DNA of 64,000 nt from Longimicrobiales bacterium. Lineage in GTDB: Bacteria; Gemmatimonadota; Gemmatimonadetes; Longimicrobiales; Gaopeijiaceae. The notes under the pieces are model-generated. The model was not told where the DNA came from. It saw only the letters and a list, made by a program, of their open reading frames with translations, and searched no databases. This document shows positions 27,726-37,733 of the stretch, one piece after another; within the stretch, counting starts at the first letter, position 1, and each line of letters begins with the position of its first letter. The position numbers and the translations under genes are program-made. The DNA lies in NCBI GenBank assembly GCA_965116905.1, contig OZ220732.1, positions 3,584,001-3,648,000 of the forward strand, given 5' to 3'.

Positions 27726-30036
27726 AATGCACCACCCTTACCGTACCGTCGCGGCGCGCGACGAACCCCACGGTGCCATCGCGGTCGGTTCTGAGGATGC
27801 GCGCTCCGGCGCGTTCGAGCCGGTCGAGGACTACCGGATGAGGGTGGCCGTAGCGATTGCGCGGGCCGACCGGGATGATCGCGTACTCGGGCGAGACGGC
27901 CTGCACGAATTCCGCGGAGGTCGATGTGCGGCTGCCGTGATGACCGACCTTGAGGAGGGTAACCTCGCCCTCGTCCAGCAGACCGGCCTCGATTTCGGCG
28001 TCTGCGTCGCCCATGAACAGCGCCGAGAAACGGCCGTAGTCCACTCGCAGCACGACGGACCAGGTGTTCGGATCGGTGGAAGCGGCGGAGGGTGGGGCGC
28101 GGGGCCCGGTCGCGGGGCCGGTCGCGGGGCCGTTCGCCGCGCCGTTCGCCGCGCCGTTCGCTTCGGGCGACCTCGGATGCAGGACCTGGAAATCGACCCC
28201 GCCGACGCGCCAGGAATCGCCTGCCAGCGCGCGCCGCCAGGGGACGTTGGCGTCGCGGGCCTGCGTGAGCCCCGCCATGTGACCGCTCTGACCGATGCTG
28301 AGCCCGGGGCCCAGAACGGCGCGCGTCGAGACGTTCTGCAGCACGGCGGCAAGACCGCCCGCATGGTCCTCGTCCGGGTGTGTGAGGATTACCGCCTCGA
28401 GACGGCGGGCGCCGCGCGCATTCAGGTACGGCACGACACGGGTCAGTCCCGCGTCGGAGCCGCCGAAGCCGCGCGGGCCGGCGTCGATGAGGAACCAGTG
28501 TCCGTCCGGGGTCCGCAGGGCGATGGCGTCGCCCTGCCCGACGTCGATCGCGGCGATGTGGAGCGTGCCGCGGCCCGCGAAGGCGAGCGCCGCCTGACCG
28601 GTCCAGAGCACCGCGCACGCCGAGAGCCCCGAGACGGCGGCGCGGACCGCGGGCCGCGTGCGCCACGGGGCGTTCACGAGCAGCAGCGGCAGGAGCGCTC
28701 CGGCGGTGAGGAGCGCGGCCTCGCGCGGCGTCACGAGCAGTACGGTCCAGCGAAGCTCGCCGAGCGCGGCCGCGGTCGCGGTCACGGCCTGCAGGAGTCC
28801 CTCCGCGCCCGCACCTGCCACGGCGGCGCCCGGGATGTGCAGGATGTCCATGACGATTGCGGCGATCACGCCGGGCACCGCGGTCGCGACGAGGGGGGTC
28901 AGCACGATCGAGGAGGGAAGCGAGAGGAGGGGGATCTGACCGAAGTGGTAGGCGAGCACGGGCGCCGTGAACACGGACGCGCCGATCCCGGCCGCCAGAG
29001 GAGGTGCGATCCAGGATCGTCCCGGGTGAGCGGGCCAATGCCGCATGATCCACCGGGTCATGACGAGGATCCCGGCCGTGCCGGTCACGGTGAGCTGGAA
29101 CCCGGCACCCGCCACGACCGAGGGCCGGAGCAGGGCGATCATCAACATGGACAGGCCCAGCGCGCCCAGGCTTCGGGACGGAGCCTGGCGCATCCGGCCC
29201 AGCACGAACGCGGTGGTCATCCAGGCCGCGCGCACGGCCGACGTGGGCGCGCCGATAAGCAGCACGTACGCCCACACGCCGACCGCGACGCCGGCCGCAC
29301 GGGTGCGGGGAGGGTGGCCGGCCAGCGCGATTAGGCCGCTGAGCAGCGCCGCGACCACCCCGACGTGAAATCCCGAAATCGAGAGAAGGTGAGCGCTGCC
29401 CGAGCGCGCGAAGGCGTCCCAGAGTTCACGCGGGATCCCGTCGCGCTCCGCCAGCACCAGCGCCGATGCGACGCCTGCCTGTCCGCCGAGGCGGCGCTCG
29501 AGCGCCTGCGAGGCCCGTCCCCGGATGGCGGCGCGGAGACGGTGGCTTCGCGGTACGCGGGCGCCCGCCTCTTCTTCGATGGACGAGGCGCTCAGGTACA
29601 CCGATACCGAGCCGTCCGGACGCTCGGACCGGAACCAGCGCCCCTCAACCGTCACCGCACTGGCTTCCGGCGGCACACCGGCACGAGTGTACACGCGGAC
29701 CTCGCACCCGTCTCGGCGCCCGGACGTCAGGCGCAGGCTGGATGCCCCATCGGCACTTGTCCGCGTGAAGTAGCCGGTGACCCGCGTTTCATCGCCGTCG
29801 GCGATTCCGGCATGGCAATGCTCGCTGGCGCGGCGGTCCGCCGTGCCCCAGGCGAGTCCGGCGATGAAGCAGAGGAGGAGCGGCAGTAACCGGGTCCCGG
29901 GACCGCGCCATAGCGCGATGGGACAGGTGACGAGCAGGAGTGAGAGGAGGGTTCGGTCGAACCCCAGGGCCGCGCTGGCCGCCGTCCCGGAGGCAAAGCC
30001 CACGGCCGTCCACAGGATCGGGGGCGCACCCCTCAC
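27724..30036 (-). CDS. comEC: DNA internalization competence protein ComEC/Rec2
   Basis: HLLSISGFHV competence domain; MBL domain DVGQGD, THPDEDH, KVGHHGS, NRYGHP. Confidence 0.93.
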   Translation of the reverse strand: MRGAPPILWTAVGFASGTAASAALGFDRTLLSLLLVTCPIALWRGPGTRLLPLLLCFIAGLAWGTADRRASEHCHAGIADGDETRVTGYFTRTSADGASSLRLTSGRRDGCEVRVYTRAGVPPEASAVTVEGRWFRSERPDGSVSVYLSASSIEEEAGARVPRSHRLRAAIRGRASQALERRLGGQAGVASALVLAERDGIPRELWDAFARSGSAHLLSISGFHVGVVAALLSGLIALAGHPPRTRAAGVAVGVWAYVLLIGAPTSAVRAAWMTTAFVLGRMRQAPSRSLGALGLSMLMIALLRPSVVAGAGFQLTVTGTAGILVMTRWIMRHWPAHPGRSWIAPPLAAGIGASVFTAPVLAYHFGQIPLLSLPSSIVLTPLVATAVPGVIAAIVMDILHIPGAAVAGAGAEGLLQAVTATAAALGELRWTVLLVTPREAALLTAGALLPLLLVNAPWRTRPAVRAAVSGLSACAVLWTGQAALAFAGRGTLHIAAIDVGQGDAIALRTPDGHWFLIDAGPRGFGGSDAGLTRVVPYLNARGARRLEAVILTHPDEDHAGGLAAVLQNVSTRAVLGPGLSIGQSGHMAGLTQARDANVPWRRALAGDSWRVGGVDFQVLHPRSPEANGAANGAANGPATGPATGPRAPPSAASTDPNTWSVVLRVDYGRFSALFMGDADAEIEAGLLDEGEVTLLKVGHHGSRTSTSAEFVQAVSPEYAIIPVGPRNRYGHPHPVVLDRLERAGARILRTDRDGTVGFVARRDGTVRVVH

Positions 30037-30383
30037 TCCAGAAGCGTACCTCCCTCCCGTTCCGTGGAACTCCCGCGCTCGGTGGAACTCCGGCGTTCGG
30101 TGGAGCTCCCGCGCTCAGTGGAACTCCCGCGCTCGGCGAGACTTTCCTTCATGTGCCGCTCGCGGAGGAGCCTGCGCACCTTGAGGTCGGCGTTGATCCC
30201 CGCGACAAGTACGACGCCCATCCCGACCACCATGCCCCCGAACGCCACGAAGGTCACGGGGACGCTGTCGAGCGTGATGAATCCGAGGTTGATCGCGATT
30301 TCACGGCCAGCATTCCCCCGTGCGAAGGCGACCCCCAGCAGAATCACCACCGCGAGTCCGGCCAGGCCCGAAAAGCGCCGCAT
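30033..30383 (-). CDS. LapA-like small membrane protein with a repeat tail
   Basis: Two TM segments, FA..N....I.I.LG motif, ERGSST x4 tail. Confidence 0.6.
   Translation of the reverse strand: MRRFSGLAGLAVVILLGVAFARGNAGREIAINLGFITLDSVPVTFVAFGGMVVGMGVVLVAGINADLKVRRLLRERHMKESLAERGSSTERGSSTERRSSTERGSSTEREGGTLLE
30063..30134. repeat. 18-bp coding tandem repeat x4
   Basis: (c/g/a)gtggaactcccgcgctc variants. Confidence 0.9.
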
Positions 30384-30388
30384 CGCAG

Positions 30389-31753
30389 TCAGCAGTCCAT
30401 GGACAGAGCCGCCCGAGCACCGGGAGCGGCGGGCTCGGCGACGAACGTCGCGCCGGTGGTGCGGATCAGGTGCGCGGCTCTGTAGCGCCCGATGTCGGCC
30501 TCACCGCCCGGCATCACCGCGGCCTTGTTCCGGCGCGTGCGCCCCATGACCGTGCCGGGCGTCTTGCCCTTCCGCTCGATCAGCAGCTCTTCCAGGCGGC
30601 CCACCTCTCCCCTGTTGATCTCGGCCTGGACGGCCCGTGTCTCCGCGATGAGCGTCTCGAGGCGCCGCTGCCCCACCTCGTCGGAGATGAACTGGTCCGC
30701 GGGGAGTCGCGTGGCGGGTGTGCCCGCGCGCGGACTGTAGCGGTAGGTGAAGGCATCGTCGAACCTGACCTCCGAGAGCAGCCCGAGCGTCTGCTTGAAG
30801 TCCTCCTCGCTCTCTCCGGGGAAGCCGACGATGACATCGGTCGAGAGCGCAATGTCCGGCACGCCGGCGCGCACCATGTCGACCTTATCCATGAACGACT
30901 CGGCCGTGTAGCGCCGGACCATGCGCTTCAGCACCCGGTCGCTGCCCGACTGGACGGGAAGATGCAGCTGTTCGCACACCGCGGGCTCGTCCGCCATGAC
31001 CTCGACGAGCTCGGGAGTCACGTCGTTGGGGTGCGGCGAAGTGAAACGGACGCGCCGGATCCCCGGAACGCGCGCCACCGCGCGCAGGAGGTCGGGGAAT
31101 GACCAGTCCCCGTGCTCGTACGAGTTGACCGTCTGGCCCAGAAGCGTGACTTCGCTGATGCCCTGGTCGGCGATGTCGCCGATTTCGGCGAGCACGTCGT
31201 GCGGGTCCCGATTCTTTTCGGCGCCGCGCACGTAGGGGACGATGCAGAACGTGCAGCGATGGTCGCAGCCGCGCTGGATGGGGACCCAGGCCGTCACCTC
31301 CGAACGGCGCCGCTGCTCCAGTCCCCGGTAGTTCTCGCCCGGGTCGAGGTCCAGCACCGACAGCCGCTTGCGCGCGCGTCCCGCGGCGGGCTGGACCGCC
31401 CGCAGCGCGGAGGGCAGCCGCCGGTATCCGTCCGGCCCCATGACCAGGTCGACGTACGGCGCCTGCGACAGGAGCCGCTCGCCCATGCGCTGCGCCATGC
31501 ACCCCGTCACGCCGATCAGGACTTCGGGGCGTTCGCGCTTCAGTCCGTTGAGCTGCGCCACGCGCCCCAGCACTCTCCGTTCGGCGTGCTCCCGGATCGC
31601 ACAGGTGTTGACGAGGATCACGTCGGCCTCTTCCGGGGACTGCGCGATCTCGTAGCCGTCTTCCTCCAGGACGCCCTCCATGAGCTCTCCGTCGGAGATG
31701 TTCATCTGGCACCCGTAGGTCTCGACGTAAGCCCGCCGGCGTCCGTTTTTCAT
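30389..31753 (-). CDS. miaB: tRNA-i6A37 methylthiotransferase
   Basis: TYGCQMN, NTCAIRE, CDHRCTFC, RFTSPHP, TRAM domain. Confidence 0.95.
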   Translation of the reverse strand: MKNGRRRAYVETYGCQMNISDGELMEGVLEEDGYEIAQSPEEADVILVNTCAIREHAERRVLGRVAQLNGLKRERPEVLIGVTGCMAQRMGERLLSQAPYVDLVMGPDGYRRLPSALRAVQPAAGRARKRLSVLDLDPGENYRGLEQRRRSEVTAWVPIQRGCDHRCTFCIVPYVRGAEKNRDPHDVLAEIGDIADQGISEVTLLGQTVNSYEHGDWSFPDLLRAVARVPGIRRVRFTSPHPNDVTPELVEVMADEPAVCEQLHLPVQSGSDRVLKRMVRRYTAESFMDKVDMVRAGVPDIALSTDVIVGFPGESEEDFKQTLGLLSEVRFDDAFTYRYSPRAGTPATRLPADQFISDEVGQRRLETLIAETRAVQAEINRGEVGRLEELLIERKGKTPGTVMGRTRRNKAAVMPGGEADIGRYRAAHLIRTTGATFVAEPAAPGARAALSMDC

Positions 31754-31759
31754 GGGATT

Positions 31760-33121
31760 CTAATTCAGCATCGCGCGCGGCGCCTCGTCAACTCTGACGC
31801 GGGATCCGTCGGCCGAGAGCCGGCCCTTGTGCAGGACGGCGGGATCGGGACGGACGGAACCGGCGACCGTCACCCGCAGGTAGTCGCCGGTCAGCGCCGT
31901 GCCTCCGGTTCCCTCCATCACCACCTCGACCCTGGCCCCCCCGCGGCCGCGGGCGTAGAGCGCGGCCTTGTCCGCGGCCAGCTCCCGCAACTCGCGTCCG
32001 CGCTCCCGCGAAACGCGCTCGGGGACGGGGTTGGAAAGGCCGGCGGCGACGGTGCCGTCACGCGGCGAGAAGGGGAAGACGTGCAGGTAGGTGAACGGCA
32101 GTTCGGCGACAAGGTCGCGAGTACGGGCGTGGTCGTCGGCCGTCTCTCCGGGGAAGCCGGTGATGATGTCGGCGCCCAGGCCAACCGGCGACACCGCTTC
32201 CGCAATCTGGTGGGCGCGGCGGCGGTAGTGCTCGCGGGTGTGCCAGCGCCGCATCCTGCGGAGCACGGGGTCCGCGCCGCTCTGCAGCGGCATGTGCAGG
32301 TGTGGCGCAAGGCGGCCGCCCGAGGTGGCCAGCAGGTCGATCATGCCGTCGTCGATTTCGGTGGCCTCGATGCTGCCCAGCCGAAAGCGCGGACCGGGCA
32401 CCTCGTCAAGCAGTCGCCGCACCAGCGCGGTGAGCGTGCCGCGCGGCTCCAGGTCTCTGCCGTAGTGGCCGATGTGCACGCCCGTGATGACCAGCTCGGG
32501 GTGACTGGCCGCGAGGGCTCGGGCCTCGGCAACGACACGGTCGGGATCGCGGCTGCGGCTGCGCCCCCTGGCGAGCCTCGTCGCGCAGAAGGCGCACTTG
32601 CGGTCGCAGCCGTCCTGCACCTTGAGCCAACCCCGCGTGGCCCCGGCGCGGCGGCGCAACACGGTCGCGGCGACTCCCTCCACATGGGTACGGTCGAGAC
32701 GCGCGCGCGAACCAAGCTGGACGAGATCGCGGGCATCCTCCATGGCCCTTGTGGCCTCTGCCAGCACCGCGCGGGGATCGTGGCCCTCGACCACACCGTC
32801 GACCTCTTCCATCCCCCTGTACGCTTCACCGCGCAACACCGCCGAACACCCGGCGACCACGACCCGCGCCCCGGGGTTGAGGCGTGCGGCCCTGCGGATG
32901 TACCGCCGAGCGCCGGCATCGGCCTGGTTGGTCACGGTGCAGGTGTTGATCACGCACAGATCGGCGGATTCGAGCGAGGACGCCCGGGCGCTTCCCCCTG
33001 CCTCGATCAGCTGGCGCATGCGCTCGGTGTCGTACTGGTTGGCCTTGCAGCCGAACGTCTTGTAGTGGACTCGCGCGGCACGGCGGCCCCGCACGGGCGA
33101 GCCGGGGCGACGCTGAGACAC
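31760..33121 (-). CDS. mtaB: tRNA t6A37 methylthiotransferase (MtaB-like)
   Basis: TFGCKANQYD, NTCTVT, KVQDGCDRKCAFC, HVFPFSPR.GT. Confidence 0.85.
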   Translation of the reverse strand: MSQRRPGSPVRGRRAARVHYKTFGCKANQYDTERMRQLIEAGGSARASSLESADLCVINTCTVTNQADAGARRYIRRAARLNPGARVVVAGCSAVLRGEAYRGMEEVDGVVEGHDPRAVLAEATRAMEDARDLVQLGSRARLDRTHVEGVAATVLRRRAGATRGWLKVQDGCDRKCAFCATRLARGRSRSRDPDRVVAEARALAASHPELVITGVHIGHYGRDLEPRGTLTALVRRLLDEVPGPRFRLGSIEATEIDDGMIDLLATSGGRLAPHLHMPLQSGADPVLRRMRRWHTREHYRRRAHQIAEAVSPVGLGADIITGFPGETADDHARTRDLVAELPFTYLHVFPFSPRDGTVAAGLSNPVPERVSRERGRELRELAADKAALYARGRGGARVEVVMEGTGGTALTGDYLRVTVAGSVRPDPAVLHKGRLSADGSRVRVDEAPRAMLN

Positions 33122-34324
33122 CTAGGAGCTCGAGATCCCCAGGGATATCGTCGCCCGCCAGAAGTTCTCGCTCAACGGAGCGCTCACGCGCATGCCCCGC
33201 TCGGCGGCGAAGTCCATCCACCCGAACCGCACGCCTTCGACCTCCACCAGGTTCATCCCGAATCCGAGCGACCAGGAGGTTTCGGTGGCGCCGTTGTCAC
33301 TGTAGCCGAAGGGCAGCGCTGAATGCCGGTAGCCCAGGCGCAGGGGGAAGCTGCGCGTTTCGCGCTGAATCAGCTGTACTTCGAGGCCGGCCCCGTAGCT
33401 GAGCTTGTCGGTGCTCACGACTTCCGCCTCGAAGCCCTGCGCGGCAGACCAATCCTGATAGACGAAGGAGGTGTTGATGTGCAGACGCTGCGACAGTCTG
33501 CTCGTAGCTCCGCCGGACAGCCGCAGCGGTATCGAATAGGAGCGGCTCCGTTCGCCGTTGGCCAGCCTGGGCTGCTGCGTAAGGTCGGCCGACCACTCCA
33601 CGGCGCCAGCCAGGTGGATGAGGTCGTGAGGGTCCGCCATGAAACCGGCGGAAAAGGTATACCCCCCGTACCGCCAGGAGCTGTCCTCTTCGTACGAGCG
33701 CACGTCGCTCCCCACCACCAGCGAGTCGAGCGTGCGTTCGAACTCCTGGTCGATCCGGCCGAGATAGGTGCCTGCCGAGGCGCCGAGCGCGAAGCGGTCC
33801 CCCAGCCTTTGCGCCCAGCCGAGGCGCGCCACCGACGTGCCACCGTTGGTCTCGAAGCGGTCACTGACGGGTACGTCGATTCCGCCCAGACTGACAATCC
33901 GTTCCTGCTCCCCCGCCCAACGCTGCTCCATGTGCCCGCTCAGCGACACGGTGATCGTGCCCTGGGCGCTCGGCACGGGATACCCGATTCCGAGCATCGG
34001 GAAGCGGGTCGTGCGCGAGGTGCCGACCTGGCCGTCCAGGTCGAAGTCCCCCCACGTCGGCTGCATGGACACGCTCACCGTGGGAAACAGGACCTGCGCC
34101 CCCGACGCGGGATCGCTCGCGTTGACCTGCACCCCGGGCAGCCCGATTCCGAGGTTGCCCAGCGCGACGGCCCGTGCCCCGGCGGCGCCAACGGGGAGGC
34201 CGAGCGCGCGAAAGCCCACGAAGGACTGCGCGCCCGCACCGGCCGGGACGAGCGCCACGAGCAAAAGGGCCAGCGGCAGCAGGCGCAGCGGCGGGAAGCC
34301 CGGCGGTGGGATCCGGCGAACCAT
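33122..34324 (-). CDS. Hypothetical outer-membrane beta-barrel protein
   Basis: Signal peptide (AGAQS), amphipathic beta strands; ATG at 34324. Confidence 0.65.
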   Translation of the reverse strand: MVRRIPPPGFPPLRLLPLALLLVALVPAGAGAQSFVGFRALGLPVGAAGARAVALGNLGIGLPGVQVNASDPASGAQVLFPTVSVSMQPTWGDFDLDGQVGTSRTTRFPMLGIGYPVPSAQGTITVSLSGHMEQRWAGEQERIVSLGGIDVPVSDRFETNGGTSVARLGWAQRLGDRFALGASAGTYLGRIDQEFERTLDSLVVGSDVRSYEEDSSWRYGGYTFSAGFMADPHDLIHLAGAVEWSADLTQQPRLANGERSRSYSIPLRLSGGATSRLSQRLHINTSFVYQDWSAAQGFEAEVVSTDKLSYGAGLEVQLIQRETRSFPLRLGYRHSALPFGYSDNGATETSWSLGFGMNLVEVEGVRFGWMDFAAERGMRVSAPLSENFWRATISLGISSS

Positions 34325-34326
34325 GA

Positions 34327-35667
34327 TCAGCCTCCGCTGCCCTGGGCGAAGTTCAGAATCATCCGCAGCCGCGGCGCGCCGGCGCCCACCGCATCCTCGA
34401 ACGACGCGTATTCGATCGTCAGTGGCTCGAAGGTCGAAAGCAGCGCCACCGTGCTGCTCACGGGGTCCCCCTCGCTGGTCTCGCCGCGAAGGAGGTCGCG
34501 GACGACGGTCGTCATCGGGACCTCGACCATCCGGCCGGCCGGCGGCCTGAACAGCTCGGGCGCGAGCGCGACACCGGTGAGGCCGGTGGTTCCCGGACCG
34601 AGGGGCGACTTCGGAAGGATGTCGGGAACCATCACCATGCGCAGATCGACGGTAAGCGTGTCGGACGGTGCGAAGGCGGGCGACTCGGCGTGGCTGGTGA
34701 GTTGCAGGGCGGCATACGATACGTGCGTCTCTGTGATCTCCAGCGGACAGCCCAGGGCCTGGCACAGCTCGGGGGGCCCGTTCAGCGTGCCGGGGATGTC
34801 CAGGTCGATCACGGTTCGCCACGCCGGAGCCCCGCCGATCCTCAGCGAGCCGTCGGGCGCCTGCGGAATGGGGTCGTAGATGAAGCTTGTGGCCTCGGTG
34901 TCCGCAAGCACTTCGACGAGCGTGTCGGGGTTGATGCTGGGCAGCGTCTCGAGCCACATGAGCGCCGAGCGCATCTGGAGGCGGACCCCCGGATGATCGG
35001 TGCTGAGGTGCACCCCGCGGGCGAGGTTCAGGGTGTCGGCCCACGATGCCACGCGCGCCGAGTCGACGGTGATGTGCAGCGAATCCCCATTTGTGGCCGG
35101 ATCCCAGACCGCGCTGCCGATCTCCTCCAGGGCGCCACCCCCCGGCTGCGACCAGAGCACGTGGTGGTCCAGCGTGTCGATGGCGTACTGCCAGTTCGCG
35201 CTGATCCCGTCCCACGGCTCCGTGGTCGCGCGCGCGATGACCTCGACGGGTCCCGGAAGAACGCTGGCCAGCGTATCGAAGCGCGCGGTGATGCGGCCCG
35301 ATAGGAAGGTCAGCGAAGAGTCCGGCCGCGTCGTCCCCGTCGTGTCGTTCACGGACACGACCGATGGGTAGCGTCCAAAGCGGAGCAGCGTGACGGCCTC
35401 CAGCCCTTCCTCGTCCACGCCCCCCGTTCCGGACCCGAACGCGTGGGCGATGAATCCGCCGCCGAGTTCGGAGGCCCTGCCGTACCCGCCGAAGACTCGC
35501 GTGCGCGTGCCGAAGTCCTCGAAGGGCAGGATCACCTCCACCGCCACACCCCCGCGGACGAGGTCGTCGGCGGCGGCGGTCGGCAGCGTCTCCTGGCAAC
35601 CGGCCAGAATCAGCCCGGCGACAAGCGCGGGGCCGCACCGGGAAGCGCCGTAGGGGCCCTCAGTCAT
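34327..35667 (-). CDS. Hypothetical lipoprotein
   Basis: Lipobox LILAGC; overlaps the cdd stop. Confidence 0.7.
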   Translation of the reverse strand: MTEGPYGASRCGPALVAGLILAGCQETLPTAAADDLVRGGVAVEVILPFEDFGTRTRVFGGYGRASELGGGFIAHAFGSGTGGVDEEGLEAVTLLRFGRYPSVVSVNDTTGTTRPDSSLTFLSGRITARFDTLASVLPGPVEVIARATTEPWDGISANWQYAIDTLDHHVLWSQPGGGALEEIGSAVWDPATNGDSLHITVDSARVASWADTLNLARGVHLSTDHPGVRLQMRSALMWLETLPSINPDTLVEVLADTEATSFIYDPIPQAPDGSLRIGGAPAWRTVIDLDIPGTLNGPPELCQALGCPLEITETHVSYAALQLTSHAESPAFAPSDTLTVDLRMVMVPDILPKSPLGPGTTGLTGVALAPELFRPPAGRMVEVPMTTVVRDLLRGETSEGDPVSSTVALLSTFEPLTIEYASFEDAVGAGAPRLRMILNFAQGSGG

Positions 35668-36058
35668 CGGTGAGCGCGAAGACCTCGGGGATCAACTGCT
35701 GAAGCGTCCAACGCTTGTTCTCCTTCCTTCCAATCCCGAATACTTCCAACCCGGTCCCAAACTCGGCGAGCACCTGGCGGCACGCCCCGCACGGCGCCAC
35801 GGCCCGGTCGCCCTCCGTGGCCACGACAAGGCGCCGGAAGCTCCGGTGACCCTGGGCCACCGCCGCCGCCAGCGCCCCTCGTTCGGCACAGATGGTTAGA
35901 CCGTATGAGGCGTTCTCAACGTTGCATCCGGTGAACACCGCGCCGGATTCGGTCTCGAGCGCCGCCCCCACCCGGAACCGCGAGTACGGGGCGTACGCGC
36001 GGCTCGACACTTCTCTGGCCAACTCCTTCAACCGCTCCAGCGGAACGTGACTGCTCAT
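35660..36058 (-). CDS. cdd: Cytidine deaminase
   Basis: YAPYSRFRVGA, GCNVENASYGLTICAER, PCGACRQ. Confidence 0.95.
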   Translation of the reverse strand: MSSHVPLERLKELAREVSSRAYAPYSRFRVGAALETESGAVFTGCNVENASYGLTICAERGALAAAVAQGHRSFRRLVVATEGDRAVAPCGACRQVLAEFGTGLEVFGIGRKENKRWTLQQLIPEVFALTDD

Positions 36059-37191
36059 GTTCGTACTCTGGGCAACCGGGGTGAGAGTCCCGTCAGGATC
36101 TCGTAGCCGATGGTGCCCGCCGACTCGGCGACCTCCTCCAGAGACAACTCGGCTCCGCCATCGCGCCCGACAAACGTAACGATATCTCCGACGGAAACAT
36201 CCCCCGGGATGCGTACCACGGTCGTATCCATGGAGATCCGTCCCACGATCGGCACCCTGCGGCCCCCGGCGATCGCCCGTCCGCGGTTGCCGAGGACCCT
36301 GGGCAGCCCGTCGCCGTAGCCGATGCCGACCGCGGCCCAGCGCTCCGTCTCGCGTGCCGTGTAGGTCGCGCCGTAGCCGAGCGTCGTGCCCGGGGGAACA
36401 TCGCGCACGAGCACCACCCGTGCCCGCACGGCCGCAACAGGCCGCGGCGGGTTGGCGGGATCGCCAATATCGCCTCCGTAGAGGTAGATGCCGGGACGAA
36501 TCGCGTTGGCCGTGCGCGAAAGCAGCCGGAGCGAGCCCGCGCTGTTCGCGCAGTGGACCAGGACATCCGGTTCGATGCCCCCGGCAGCGCGTACGAACTC
36601 GTCGAACCGGGCAACTTGCTCGCGTGCGCTGCCCAGATCGGCGTGGTCGGCGGAGTGGAGGTGCGTGAAGACCCCGAACAGGCGAAGGCCGTCCCCGGTG
36701 ACACGCGTGACCTCGGGCCACCACGCGGCCGCATCGTCGAGGCTGAAGCCGGCCCGGCCCATGCCGGTGTCGACCTCGACCTGAAACGGGATCGCGGTTC
36801 GGGGTGCGGGCGCCGGCACCGCGAGCCGGCTGAGCGCGGACAGGGTCTCGAGGTCGGAGACGGTGGGGACCAGGCCCGCGGTCACGCAGCGGCGCAGGGC
36901 ATCGTGCGTCAGCGGGCTGTAGACCATGACCGGTTCGGGGACTCCGAGCCGCAGCAGCTCGAGCCCCTCGTCCAGCGTGGCCACACCGTAGCCGAACGGC
37001 GCGGCCGGGCGAATCGCCTCCAGGACGTGCCGCACGCCGAGGCCGTAGCCGTCGGCCTTGACCATGGCGACCAGCTTGACGTGCGCACCCGCGACCTCGC
37101 GCACGCGATCGAGATTGCGTCGGATGGCGGCGAGGTCGACTTCGACCCATGCGCGGTCGCGGGGGTGGGTGGGGCGGTGGGCGGGAGACAC
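36055..37191 (-). CDS. alr: Alanine racemase
   Basis: AMVKADGYG (PLP Lys), DTGMGRAG, RPGIYLYG, GYGDG, GRISMD; start uncertain. Confidence 0.93.
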   Translation of the reverse strand: MSPAHRPTHPRDRAWVEVDLAAIRRNLDRVREVAGAHVKLVAMVKADGYGLGVRHVLEAIRPAAPFGYGVATLDEGLELLRLGVPEPVMVYSPLTHDALRRCVTAGLVPTVSDLETLSALSRLAVPAPAPRTAIPFQVEVDTGMGRAGFSLDDAAAWWPEVTRVTGDGLRLFGVFTHLHSADHADLGSAREQVARFDEFVRAAGGIEPDVLVHCANSAGSLRLLSRTANAIRPGIYLYGGDIGDPANPPRPVAAVRARVVLVRDVPPGTTLGYGATYTARETERWAAVGIGYGDGLPRVLGNRGRAIAGGRRVPIVGRISMDTTVVRIPGDVSVGDIVTFVGRDGGAELSLEEVAESAGTIGYEILTGLSPRLPRVRT

Positions 37192-37277
37192 GGGCGCGGG
37201 CTGTGGAGGGTCGAATGTGGTTCGCGAGATAATATGACACGTCGCGCGCCCATGCGTAACTTCGCGCGGGACCGCCG

Positions 37278-37733
37278 ATGATCCGACCCGGGGGGTGCGA
37301 ATTGGACGAAGGGGACAACAACCGCGACGCCATGGCCGACGCCCTGGCGGTCCAGCACAGGGCAAGTACCGTGGGGTTCGATTGGCAGGCGCCCGCCGGG
37401 GCGCTGGAAAAGGTCTTCGAGGAGGCCGGGGAAGTCGCCAGGGCCGACTCCCCCGCAGCCGTTCAGGCCGAGCTGGGTGACCTGCTGTTCGCGGTTGTGA
37501 ATTTCGCCCGTCTCGCGCACGTGGATCCCGCCGAGGCGCTGGACCAGGCAACGCGCAAGTTCCGGACGCGCTTCCGCGAAGTGGAGCGGCTGGCCCGGGC
37601 ACGCGGACTGCCGTTGCCCGGAACCGCCCTGGAAGTGCTGGACGGGATCTGGGATGAGGTCAAGCAGCGGGAGCACCAGCAGCGCCCGGAGCACCAGCAG
37701 CGCCCGGAGCACCAGGAGCGCCCGGGCCGCTAG
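37278..37733 (+). CDS. Single-domain MazG-family nucleotide pyrophosphohydrolase
   Basis: GFDW...KV.EE..E, ELGDLLFAVVN.AR, KF..RF, LD.IW..VK; EHQQRP repeat tail. Confidence 0.85.
   Translation: MIRPGGCELDEGDNNRDAMADALAVQHRASTVGFDWQAPAGALEKVFEEAGEVARADSPAAVQAELGDLLFAVVNFARLAHVDPAEALDQATRKFRTRFREVERLARARGLPLPGTALEVLDGIWDEVKQREHQQRPEHQQRPEHQERPGR
37671..37724. repeat. 18-bp coding tandem repeat x3
   Basis: gagcaccagcagcgcccg. Confidence 0.9.

Noticed and set aside
27682..30134. Repeat clusters as possible CRISPR arrays (also 45061-45147 and 59266-59371)
   Set aside because: Units are contiguous with no unique spacers, mostly in-frame, and no cas genes are present.
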